Shown piece after piece: positions 39,958 to 48,588 of a DNA stretch of 64,000 bases. The stretch covers positions 352,001 to 416,000 of the forward strand of contig CAVVUN010000001.1 in the NCBI GenBank assembly GCA_963751455.1, given 5' to 3'. The position numbers and the translations under genes are program-made. Numbering within the stretch: position 1 is the first letter of the stretch; every line of letters starts with the position of its first letter. Under the pieces are notes generated by a model, which ran no database searches, had not been told where the DNA came from, and was given only the letters and a program-made list of their open reading frames with translations. Source of the DNA: Nitrospirota bacterium. Its GTDB lineage: Bacteria; Nitrospirota; UBA9217.

Positions 39958-40265
39958 CGTCGACTCCTATTAAGATCGTTATCCGTGGTTTCCAGCTGTG
40001 CTTTCCGTTGAGCAGCGCAGCGGGAAATGATTGATGGAAGTTTTTCGGCGAAATGGGAAAATTTACCTGCTGATAGGCGAGCGTACTATATTTTAGCGAC
40101 AGGGGCAAGGGAATTGTGTGAAGCAGACGCGAGGCGATGAAACTTGTTAGGTATTTCCATAACTCGAAGTACGATTTCGTTCATAGGAAGTCCTCTTTCC
40201 ATCCCATTATTACTGGTTAGAATATTAGCATACTTTCTTCATGCTTTAAGAATCGACGAGTACAA

Positions 40266-40421
40266 TCAAGCAAAACGCACGGAAAGTTGGCCGGTCTTTC
40301 TAGATCGAGATGCTGTCTTAACCACGATTTGCACATCGCGCCCAAGCAGTGTTAAGCACTCAATCATTTTAGTTTCCGAAATGCCCCGAAACCGGCCACG
40401 AAGCAGGTTGGAGAGCTTAGG
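40266..40421 (-). pseudogene. C-terminal remnant of an XRE/HTH_37 (HigA-like) antitoxin cut by IS3
   Basis: Manual translation PKLSNLLRGRFRGISETKMIECLTLLGRDVQIVVKTASRSRKTGQLSVRFA*; N-terminus missing at the IS end. Confidence 0.7.
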
Positions 40422-40450
40422 CAAGCAGGGATGTTAAGTGGACCCCTCTG

Positions 40451-41374
40451 TCAAGACAATAAAGGGGTGAGATTAAGATGGTAACCGACCAAGCCGCAGC
40501 TGCATGGCGCTGCCCCGGTTTCTACCTCTCCCTGAGGTTCTTTTCGCTCTTTGAATTTATCCACAATCCTTGCTCCACCGCCGTTCGCTGTTCGATAGAT
40601 CACATCCGGTGTGCTGTAGTCCAATGATTGATGTGTTCTTTCCGTGTTGTAGAACATAAAGTATTTCGTCAGCCCCAGTTGCGCTTCAGGTACTGTGGCG
40701 TACCCTTTTAAATATACGTCTTCGTGCTTTACGCTCCGCCATAGCCGTTCCACGAAGATATTGTCCAATGCACGGCCGCGGCCGTCCATGCTGATGTTAA
40801 TGCAGTGCGCCTTGAGCACGCCGGTGAAGGCCTCAGAGGTGAACTGGCAGCCCTGATCGGTGTTGAAGATCTCGGGGATGCCGTATGTCTGTAATGCCTG
40901 TTCTAGGCAGTCCACGCAGAAGCTGCTATCGAGCGTGTTTGATAATCGCCATGCCAGCACTTTGCGTGAGTACCAGTCGATCACGGCCACCAGGTACACA
41001 AATCCCCGCGCCAGGCGGATGTAGGTGATGTCAGTGCTCCATACCTGATTGGGTCGTGTCACCGATACGCCTCTGAGCAGATATGGATAAACCATGTGCT
41101 GCGGGCTGGGGCGGCTGGTGTTCGGTCCCGGTGCCATGCCTGCAAGCCCCAGAATGCCCATTAGCCGCTGTATCCGTTTTCGGTTGACCTGATGCCCTAT
41201 GCCGCACAAGTACACGGTTATTTTGCGGCTGCCGTAGAACGGATGCCGGGTGTATTCGGCGTCGATCTCACTCAGCAGGGTCAATTCCAGCTCGTCCGGG
41301 TCGGTAGTCAGATGCGGCGCATAGAAAGTGGACCGGTTGACACCTGCCAGTTCGCATTGTTTGGTCAGCGCCAA
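40451..41374 (-). CDS. IS3 transposase OrfB (rve integrase core)
   Basis: YGSRKI, NQVWSTDITYI, FNTDQGCQF and DNIFVERLWRSVK. Confidence 0.95.
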   Translation of the reverse strand: MALTKQCELAGVNRSTFYAPHLTTDPDELELTLLSEIDAEYTRHPFYGSRKITVYLCGIGHQVNRKRIQRLMGILGLAGMAPGPNTSRPSPQHMVYPYLLRGVSVTRPNQVWSTDITYIRLARGFVYLVAVIDWYSRKVLAWRLSNTLDSSFCVDCLEQALQTYGIPEIFNTDQGCQFTSEAFTGVLKAHCINISMDGRGRALDNIFVERLWRSVKHEDVYLKGYATVPEAQLGLTKYFMFYNTERTHQSLDYSTPDVIYRTANGGGARIVDKFKERKEPQGEVETGAAPCSCGLVGYHLNLTPLLS

Positions 41375-41409
41375 GGGGTTTTTGGTATCTACCCAGTGCC
41401 GCCGGTCCG

Positions 41410-41703
41410 CTATAGGCTGATCCCGGACTTTTTTTTAAGCCAGTCCAGTTCCATCTTCAGCCGTCCGATCTCGGAGTAGAGCCGCTCCGAACTGGCAGCA
41501 GGATCTACCGGCGCGGGACCGCGCGTAGTGTCAAATATGCCCGCAGCCTGATCTTGCAAAACCTTTTTCCACTGCCCCACTTGCGTTGGATGTACGCCGA
41601 ACGCCTGGGCAATTTCGGTTACTGTCTTGACACCTCGGATCGCCTCAAGCGCGACCTTGGCTTTGAACTGACTGCTGAAATTTTTGCGCTTTTTTTCGCT
41701 CAA
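41410..41703 (-). CDS. IS3 transposase OrfA (HTH)
   Basis: FKAKVALEA...IAQAFGVHPTQVGQWK...LDWLKKKS. Confidence 0.93.
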   Translation of the reverse strand: MSEKKRKNFSSQFKAKVALEAIRGVKTVTEIAQAFGVHPTQVGQWKKVLQDQAAGIFDTTRGPAPVDPAASSERLYSEIGRLKMELDWLKKKSGISL

Positions 41704-41769
41704 AACCTGCTCCTTTTTAACGGCAGGTTACCATCTTAAACTATTGTCCGAAAATTGGGGTCCACTATA

Positions 41770-42042
41770 GTGGCGACGATTGTAATATTGAGCATACCAG
41801 GTTAATTGCTTTCTCATTACATCGGATATTCCCTGCTTTCCACTTTTAAACAGAAGGTGGACATGATTCGTCATGAGCACCCAAGCGTATATCTTCGCAT
41901 TTGCCGCTGTAATGTTCTTTTCTAGTCGGCTCAGAAACAGGGCGCGGTCCTGGTCGTCATCAAATATTGTTGCTTTATTTATCCCACGCAACATGAGGTG
42001 ATGAAGCGCTCCAGGTGCATCAAGTCTCGCTTGCCTTGGCAT
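41770..42042 (-). pseudogene. Y1 HUH tyrosine transposase (IS200-like/RAYT group) truncated by IS3
   Basis: MPRQAR...HHLMLRG...IF...YAWVLMTNHVHLL...YAQYYNRRH; interrupted by the IS3 end before the catalytic Tyr region. Confidence 0.88.
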
Positions 42043-42266
42043 GGTGCGAGTCTATATTATTCATATAATACTTGTCAACACCATTTGTCCATTTCGGTCA
42101 CTACGTCCCCTAAGTTATCTTTGACCGGAACTTTCGCCACGAGTGCTGGATAGGCGTGAAAGGTTTCGTGTGTGAAAGCTTTGTCAACGATGTCCGCGAA
42201 CCTTGAACAGTTGTATTCGCTACTTCGATTTATTGTTGGGTCGCCTGATCTCATATTGTTTTGAAG

Positions 42267-42325
42267 GTATAACCAGCGCCTGACGCGCCGTCTTTGGCGC
42301 GTCGCTGTCCAGGCGCTTGTTGGAA
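42267..42325 (-). other. Integron attC site
   Basis: Minus strand TTCCAAC-AAGCGCCTGGAC...GTCAGGCGCTG-GTTATAC: R'' and R' boxes, L boxes with an extrahelical base, central hairpin. Confidence 0.8.
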
Positions 42326-42398
42326 TTTTCATCTGATCGTCATCTTGAGAATCTATTGTCAACACCAAAGATTCGACCCCCAATACGTTCCCAAAAAG

Positions 42399-42529
42399 AT
42401 AATCCCGGGGCTGAGCCATGACCCGTAGGGTCATTGGTCTCGTGCCCGTTGTTCTCCCGGCGGTTCGTGCCGGGAGATGGGCACATGGCTCAGCCCCGGG
42501 ATTCTCGCGGCGCGAAGCGCCGGGAGAAC
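42399..42529. repeat. Structured non-coding repeat, copy 1
   Basis: Long stem CCCGGGGCTGAGCCAT/ATGGCTCAGCCCCGGG with internal hairpins; second copy at 43002-43141. Confidence 0.85.
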
Positions 42530-42584
42530 GCGAAGATGAGCCCTGTTTCGTGGGGGTCGATCTTTTGGTTGGATCATTTCTGTT

Positions 42585-42929
42585 TTATTGAGGTGGAGCT
42601 ATGCGTGATTTTTTTCGTATATCATTCTTGGACTGTGGTGTCTCTTTCTTTTCTATTGGATTCAATTGGTGAGATTGCACCTTATCAGGAGGTACGGCCA
42701 TTGGAGTAGATGGTGTTTTATGAAAAAACTCAGAATACACAAGGGCGAGAGTTAAAATGAGAATGATAGCGGTCATGTATAGCATAAGCTTATCGTTTCT
42801 AATTTGCCTTCTATTAAATTCTGATCGAGCAGCAGTCCTTACATCATTGGGGTATTTGTTAAAATCTGTTGAATTTATGATTTCAATTAACTGATGATCA
42901 TGTTTTTTCGTCCAATTATGATCAGTCAT
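42585..42929 (-). CDS. Hypothetical single-TM protein, cassette-like
   Basis: SD AGGAG before ATG 42929; AT-rich; TM LMLYMTAIILILTLALVY. Confidence 0.65.
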   Translation of the reverse strand: MTDHNWTKKHDHQLIEIINSTDFNKYPNDVRTAARSEFNRRQIRNDKLMLYMTAIILILTLALVYSEFFHKTPSTPMAVPPDKVQSHQLNPIEKKETPQSKNDIRKKSRIAPPQ

Positions 42930-43001
42930 GATGCTGTCTCCTGTGTTTTTTGATGTTGTGGCCAGCTCAGCGGCGAAGACCGACTGGAGCCCGTGGTTGG
43001 A

Positions 43002-43141
43002 ATAATCCCGGGGCTGAGCCATGAATCCGAAGGATCATTGGTCTCGTGCCCCTGGTTTCCCGGCGCGCCTTTAGCTTGCGCCGGGTTAGGGGCACATGGC
43101 TCAGCCCCGGGGATTCTCGCGGCGCGTAGCGCCGGGAGAAC
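43002..43141. repeat. Structured non-coding repeat, copy 2
   Basis: Same architecture as 42399-42529 with compensatory stem changes. Confidence 0.85.
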
Positions 43142-43191
43142 ACGCGGGTAACTCGCCGCAAGGCGAGTCGATGTTGACGCGCTAGTTATGC
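43135..43191 (-). other. Integron attC site downstream of the HNH gene
   Basis: Minus strand GCATAAC-TAGCGCGTCAAC...ACTCGCC-TTGC-GGCGAGT-TACCCGCGT-GTT. Confidence 0.7.
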
Positions 43192-43210
43192 ACTCGGCAA
43201 CCGTAGCCAA

Positions 43211-44209
43211 TTAGATAATAATTCTCTTGCTTACTGACATGAGCTTACTAACTTGTTTTGTTTCAATATCAAAATGATGGCCTGATTTGAGAGGTATCCA
43301 AATGCCGCTAAAATTATCGCAAAGAGTCACGCCATAAGTATAAGTGTTAAATAAACTAACTTTACTAAAAAGTTTGCTGTGATTCCATTCGACGGTGATC
43401 AGATGTCCGTTAGTTGTTTTAATTTTCATCGTTTGGTCATAATAGAGTATGGGAGACTGGTTCACATTTAAATATCGGCGGCAATCACCTTGGTCATATC
43501 TAATAAATCGTCGTATTTCGTGGAAGTTTTCAGAGAACATGAAATGTTTTCCAGCAACATAGGCGAGATAATTGAAGGCGATTTTGCAGAAGCCTCTCAT
43601 TATCACGCGATCAATCGTTACTTCCATTTCTATAGGTATTCTCCCGTCTGGTAGTTGCTTCTTTTCTAAGTAATCCTTGTCAGCGATTTCGATGCCTTTT
43701 CCTCGAAGCAATGATATTAATTCATCTATTTCTCGACCTTCTTCCGCGACAAGCCAAATCGTGGTTCCTTTCTTTAGATAGCCCCGTTCGATAAGCTCTT
43801 CCTTTGAGGGAATATTATCAGGAGTAAAATAATGATACTCGTCTTCATTGGCATTATAGAATCCCACTTGAACGGATTTCTCTACCCCTAACTCATTAAC
43901 TCCACAAGGTCGTTCTTCTACAACGAGCCCCTTCCAGTCACCCTCTTTTATTTTACTTTTTACTCTTCTTCGCCTAGCAAGCGGAGCTTTGGGCTTTAAA
44001 CCGTGTCTTAATCGTTCGACACCCTCAAATGAATCTCGTCCCAAAAACAACTCTATTTTGTCACCGAAATATTGATTGCAATCATCACAAATGGTCTCAT
44101 ATAGGAGAAGATTATCTGGGGAGAACAGTCCGAAAGACTGCGGAATCACATGTTCTCTTTTTTGAAAATCAGATTTCTTCTTGTCCTCTAAACAATATAT
44201 GCATCGCAT
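43211..44209 (-). CDS. HNH endonuclease (HNH_5-like N-terminus), gene cassette
   Basis: CIYC...REHVIPQSFG...ICDDCNQYFG and KIAFNYL; AT-rich; bounded by attC sites. Confidence 0.88.
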   Translation of the reverse strand: MRCIYCLEDKKKSDFQKREHVIPQSFGLFSPDNLLLYETICDDCNQYFGDKIELFLGRDSFEGVERLRHGLKPKAPLARRRRVKSKIKEGDWKGLVVEERPCGVNELGVEKSVQVGFYNANEDEYHYFTPDNIPSKEELIERGYLKKGTTIWLVAEEGREIDELISLLRGKGIEIADKDYLEKKQLPDGRIPIEMEVTIDRVIMRGFCKIAFNYLAYVAGKHFMFSENFHEIRRFIRYDQGDCRRYLNVNQSPILYYDQTMKIKTTNGHLITVEWNHSKLFSKVSLFNTYTYGVTLCDNFSGIWIPLKSGHHFDIETKQVSKLMSVSKRIII

Positions 44210-44222
44210 AAGCGATATCTCA

Positions 44223-44281
44223 GTACAACAATGAGTTGAGCCCCGCGCTTTAAAGCGCGGGACTCGAACGAGTCGTTAACA
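44223..44281 (-). other. Integron attC site
   Basis: Minus strand TGTTAAC-GACTC-GTTCGAG-T-CCCGCGC-TTTAAA-GCGCGGG-G-CTCAAC-TCATT-GTTGTAC; lies 10 nt after the stop of the 44292-45362 gene. Confidence 0.85.
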
Positions 44282-44291
44282 CTTTCTCTTC

Positions 44292-45362
44292 TTAATCCGC
44301 CGTTCGAACGCTCGCCACGATGGAACGCAATAAACCTTCGTCTATTTTTCCCATTTCCCCTGGTTGACTGATGAAGAATTGCATTCCACGCTTTTTATAG
44401 GCAATTATGATTTCCGCGACTGATTTATTTCCTCTGATACCCTGTAATACAATCCCTCTCAAATTAACGCTGTAAATCTCGTACACTTTAGCGTCCAACA
44501 GATTTTTAAAAAAGGTAGAATTATTAAGTCTCGGAATGAGGCCATACCTTGCGTTGTATCCCAAGCGAAAAAAATCAAAATCATCCCGAATTCCTACTAC
44601 ATAGGCAAGAAATGTTCTCCATTTGATATCCGAATCTTCTAGCAAACCGGGGCCGACCTTGATCCTCATTTTATTTCGACTATCTTCAAAAGAATGCCAC
44701 GATTTTTCTTCTTTCGTTTCCACTAAACTGACAGGCAAAGTGAAATAGAAACCGTTAACTTGATAGCGATTGCCAACAATAGGTTTTACTTCGGTCAACC
44801 AATCTTTTTTCTCAACAGTAACATCCTCAGAAGGGCCAACTTGGTTCATGGTGTAAAAATAATTTCCCAAGGCGATAACGATTAACAGTAAACAAATGGA
44901 GGTAACAATTACGAGCCGTTTTCGATATGATTCTTTATGGATAATGACGGATGGAAGACGGTTTTGAAATTCATTTTCTGCATGTACAGCTTGTTCTGGG
45001 CTTAACCCCATCGCCAATGAATAAATCTGGAGCTTGCCTGTCTTTACATTTACATTAAACCCTCTCAAAACATGATTTATAGAAATCGATTGTATTTTGT
45101 CGTACGGAATCCGTACCCGAAAAGATTTTAAGATCAGCTTTTTATCATCGTCAAATTCAAAATAGTTGGTTAAGCGGGTTAGTGCTAAAGCGATAAGATT
45201 CACAGCGGTCAATACTATAAATATCATTGCAAATAAATGAACAAAGGCTGTTCCCATAATCGGGAACGAAAATAAGAACGCGAAGATAGCAACGAATACA
45301 ATACTTTCTTTGATTGAATAAGCATTACCAAGTATTTTTTCGCGATTTGTCTGATTTGACAT
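44292..45362 (-). CDS. Hypothetical membrane protein (3 TM), gene cassette
   Basis: 356 aa, AT-rich; preceded by GTTAAC at 45382-45387, complementary to the R'' of its own attC. Confidence 0.8.
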   Translation of the reverse strand: MSNQTNREKILGNAYSIKESIVFVAIFAFLFSFPIMGTAFVHLFAMIFIVLTAVNLIALALTRLTNYFEFDDDKKLILKSFRVRIPYDKIQSISINHVLRGFNVNVKTGKLQIYSLAMGLSPEQAVHAENEFQNRLPSVIIHKESYRKRLVIVTSICLLLIVIALGNYFYTMNQVGPSEDVTVEKKDWLTEVKPIVGNRYQVNGFYFTLPVSLVETKEEKSWHSFEDSRNKMRIKVGPGLLEDSDIKWRTFLAYVVGIRDDFDFFRLGYNARYGLIPRLNNSTFFKNLLDAKVYEIYSVNLRGIVLQGIRGNKSVAEIIIAYKKRGMQFFISQPGEMGKIDEGLLRSIVASVRTAD

Positions 45363-46038
45363 TTAGACCTTTCAGAAAGGAGTTAACAAGTATTTGAAGG
45401 GACGGAAACCGTCCCGGCATTTCCGAAAATCCTGTAATACTGGGGTGAAAAGTTATATCATGACGCACTATATTGCAGAAGCCGGCAGGTAATAATCGAT
45501 CGTAAAAAGTACGGAAATTCGGATTTACTGGGATGAACATTATTCAACTTTATCTTCGGGAAGTATATTTTATGCGAGTCTGAGTGTCAAGGTGAAGTTT
45601 GAAAGTTCCATTCAATAGGGAATGTTCGATATAAATTTTTGAATGAAACCTTCATGGTTGCGAGGTCTTGAAACACCAAAATTTCAGGAAGAAATCTATA
45701 TTTATCCGAAATAACGGTCAACAGGATGAAGTGTGAAGAGAGGCGCCTGAAGGCGGATGATCGAATGTCTGGATTGTGGCGAACAGCATTCGCTCAACGG
45801 GGCTTCTTTTTCTTTATCTCTGCAAGCACGCCTGCAGGGATGGGCCGTCATCCGCATTTTTTGGCGTGTGCCGCATGCCAGCGTATTCTTTCTTCAAGTG
45901 AAGCCTTCTGAGGCATCTTATTCGCCGTATGCCATTCTTTATTCATCACCGACTCTCCTGCATTCGCTGCGAATTGAAACACTTAACGAGGCAAAGTCTC
46001 AGACCCGCTGAAGTATGAATTCAAGATCAAAAGCGGTC

Positions 46039-46128
46039 TCTCGCAAAGCCGCAAAGGTCACAAAGAAACCCTTTTTTGGTCTGGATTTTAAAATCAAATG
46101 ATTGGGCCTTTCTTTGCGGCTTTGCGCC
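46039..46128. repeat. Palindromic element of 9-mer repeats, right arm truncated
   Basis: TCTCGCAAAGCCGCAAAGGTCACAAAG ... CTTTGCGGCTTTGCGCC. Confidence 0.65.
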
Positions 46129-46245
46129 TGGTTTTATGATTGATTCAAAAACTTGACTTAAAATTAAAGATCTTGGTTTTTAAAATACTTTAACACTCAA
46201 TCAGTGGACATCATTTATGTATGAACAGGGAAAAATAATTGACGG

Positions 46246-46665
46246 CTACGGAGAACCGGACCACGGATTAATGACCTCAAGACCAGGGTAATCGAAATCC
46301 TTGACGTTATGCGTCACGAGCCGCAAGTCGTGATGCAGCGCGGTAGCCGCAAGAAGGCTGTCTATTGTGGGAACCGATCTTCGAACTTCCGCCAGCAGAC
46401 GCCCCCAACGGTCGGCGACCGCAAGGTCGACCGGGAGGACCCGTTCCTCAAACCATCCCGGAAGTTCGTGATCAAACCAGATTCGCAGCTTTTCACGACG
46501 TTTCTTGTCCGTCAACGCCTCGATGCCTTTGCTTATCTCTCCCAGCGTGAGCACGCTGATAAAGAGCGCTTCACCCGGGACCTGGTCGAGCCATGCTATC
46601 ACCGCCTTGTCCGGGTTGCGCCTGACAGCCTCCGACACAACGTTCGTATCCAGCAGAAAGCTCAT
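46246..46665 (-). CDS. vapC: VapC (PIN-domain) toxin
   Basis: FLLDTNVVSE, SVLTLGEI, DSLLAATA and LVTHNVKDF. Confidence 0.95.
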   Translation of the reverse strand: MSFLLDTNVVSEAVRRNPDKAVIAWLDQVPGEALFISVLTLGEISKGIEALTDKKRREKLRIWFDHELPGWFEERVLPVDLAVADRWGRLLAEVRRSVPTIDSLLAATALHHDLRLVTHNVKDFDYPGLEVINPWSGSP

Positions 46666-46913
46666 GCGACATCCGCCTCCCGCGTGAGCGTTTGTTGACG
46701 TTCGATATCAAGCTCCACACCGTAAAGCGGCGAGCGTCGCATGAATTTCAGAAAGCTCTCCGGCGGATGCTTGAGACGTTCATACTCCTTGCTCGAAATG
46801 ACAACGGCACTCGGTTCCCCGTGAACAGTGATCATCTGCGGACCGTCCTTCACGGCCTTCTTGATAACCTCGCTCAGGCGGGCCTTTGCTTCCTGCAGCT
46901 GCCAACTGGTCAT
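46662..46913 (-). CDS. Phd/YefM-family antitoxin
   Basis: WQLQEAKARLSEVI...GPQMITVHG..AVV; ATGA overlap with vapC; upstream TTGACA-17-TATTAT and SD AGGAGG. Confidence 0.94.
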   Translation of the reverse strand: MTSWQLQEAKARLSEVIKKAVKDGPQMITVHGEPSAVVISSKEYERLKHPPESFLKFMRRSPLYGVELDIERQQTLTREADVA

Positions 46914-47110
46914 ATACGCCTCCTATTTTGGTCAGTCTAGTCAGACTCAATAATAGCACCGGGATTGAGAATTGTCAAGACCGCGGATGCCGGGTATGGA
47001 GAACGGAATTACAAGAGATAGGGTCAAGGGTCAAGCAGGCAATCAGCAGGAACCGGTTTGTATCGCGAACATGAAATAGTAAGATCAACCACGGATTGAT
47101 AATGTCAAAA

Positions 47111-47447
47111 TCATAGTCCGTTCAGAAATTGCGTCACAACCAGCAGGACGGTGAGCGCGATGAGAATGTAGACCGTGGTCCAGGTGATGATGTTCATCCG
47201 TCTGGAGTTGACGTTCTCTCCCATGATCGATTTGTCGTTCACAAGCTTGAGCATGATGATCAGCACGACCGGCAGGAGTATCCCGTTAATGGTCTGGGAC
47301 ACGAACATGATCTTGATGAGCGGCGCTCCGGGCAGAAGGATCGCTCCGGCGCCGATCACGATAAATGCCGTATAAAAAACCGAGAAACTGGGGCGCTTCC
47401 TTGAAACTCTTGCTGACCCCGGATTCCCAGCCGAAGGCCTCTGACAG
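47111..47447 (-). pseudogene. Displaced 3' fragment of the Nramp gene
   Basis: Near-identical to 48589-48924, with mostly third-position differences and one extra A at about 47374-47379. Confidence 0.9.
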
Positions 47448-47688
47448 TAATATCGTACTGATCTGGCTTGATCTGAAAAACAACAGCAAATGGGAATGTC
47501 ATCGTAAGACAGCGGCGAACGCCATCTTCGATTTCAGGGTATAGGAGAGGATTGATTTGGATTCTGTTGAGGGCGTCTTGAACTAACGTAAGAAAGCGCT
47601 TCCCGAGGTCCTTCTGCTGGCTCTCGTAAAACTTGGCCGCAGAAATCATCTCGGCCTCGGCTTCAGGATGGAAGCGAACGGGTTTCAT
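47448..47688 (-). CDS. RelE/ParE-family toxin, C-terminus fused to or truncated by the Nramp fragment
   Basis: MKPVRFHPEAEAEMISAAKFYE...LGKRF...NP..YP...RRC...FPFAVVF; the usual C-terminal A..H..R.P motif is absent. Confidence 0.8.
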
Positions 47689-47915
47689 CCGAGGGCTGCA
47701 AAGCCTCTGGCAAATACATCCGCGGCCTCACGCAACTCTACTGATCCTTCATCTATCTCGCGACAGCGCTTGCGTATTTCGTCTCGCCATGCAGACGACA
47801 AAGTAAATTCATGTTCGGAATCGAGGCTTTCGATAAGTTTTTCCGCTACGAAAGCACGCGCTTGCGGGGAAAGAGAAAGAACTTCCGCTATGATTTCATC
47901 AATCGTTGTTTTCAT
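47685..47915 (-). CDS. Addiction-module antitoxin component
   Basis: LSLSPQARAFVAEKLIESLD...AWRDEIRKR; overlaps the toxin start; leaderless promoter TTGACC-17-TATAAT (47950-47922). Confidence 0.88.
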   Translation of the reverse strand: MKTTIDEIIAEVLSLSPQARAFVAEKLIESLDSEHEFTLSSAWRDEIRKRCREIDEGSVELREAADVFARGFAALG

Positions 47916-48098
47916 AGGAATATTATATACCGGTACTCCGCGTAGGTCAAACGTTTTAAGTGGAGAGTGTTTTCAAGGATACTGCTCCTTGTATCGCGCC
48001 ATTTCGCCTCCGTTACATGGGGTATTGATGATTCCTTACAGCGTACGGAATTACAGATCGCTACCCTTGGAACGGCCATCGGAGACATGAACAACGGA

Positions 48099-48500
48099 CT
48101 ACTTCTGTTTCAGCACATCCCTGATCTCGGCAAGAAGCACTTCTTCCCTGGACGGAGCATGAGGCTGTGAGGGCGCCTCTTTTTCCTGCCTCTTGAGTGA
48201 GTTCATGCCTTTGACGACCATGAAGATCGCAAAGGCAATGATGACGAAGTCTACGAGTGACTGAATGAACTTGCCGTAGTTCAGCGTAACAGCCGCGGCG
48301 TCTCCGGTCGCCTCCTTCAGGGTGATTGCAAGGTCTGCGAAATTTATCTTGCCGAGCAGCATGCCGATAGGCGGCATGATGACATCGGCGACGAGCGACG
48401 ATACGATCTTTCCGAACGCTGCACCGATAACGATACCTACTGCCATATCGGCTACGTTGCCTCGCATGGCAAATGCCCTGAACTCTTTTATCATTCCCAT
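48099..48500 (-). CDS. mscL: Large-conductance mechanosensitive channel
   Basis: [46 protein letters not shown] and LLAEIRDVL. Confidence 0.97.
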   Translation of the reverse strand: MGMIKEFRAFAMRGNVADMAVGIVIGAAFGKIVSSLVADVIMPPIGMLLGKINFADLAITLKEATGDAAAVTLNYGKFIQSLVDFVIIAFAIFMVVKGMNSLKRQEKEAPSQPHAPSREEVLLAEIRDVLKQK

Positions 48501-48588
48501 GATTTTACCCTCCTCAAGTCGACACGACCTTACCGGGTTAGACTAAGACAACAACCAGAAAGTTCGGTTTTACACGGCCACAGACAGA

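Larger units (their letters stand above)
40434..41769 (-). mobile_element. IS3-family insertion sequence
   Basis: Terminal IRs TTAAGTGGACCCC...GACA and TATAGTGGACCCC...GACA; orfA and orfB with a slippery A-run near 41430; no matching target duplication. Confidence 0.92.

Noticed and set aside
42075-42709. ORFs 42075-42434 and 42434-42709, and the N-terminal extension of 42585-43022
   Set aside because: They are translations of attC sites and the structured repeat; the shared MAQPRDY start comes from the repeat.
45400-46200. Integron integrase expected next to the first cassette
   Set aside because: Only short ORFs without tyrosine-recombinase motifs (45726-45911, 45757-46011) are present; they are treated as probably spurious.
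37200-48000. Prophage or ICE
   Set aside because: No phage structural, integrase, relaxase or conjugation genes are present; the region is better explained as accumulated cassettes, TA modules and IS.
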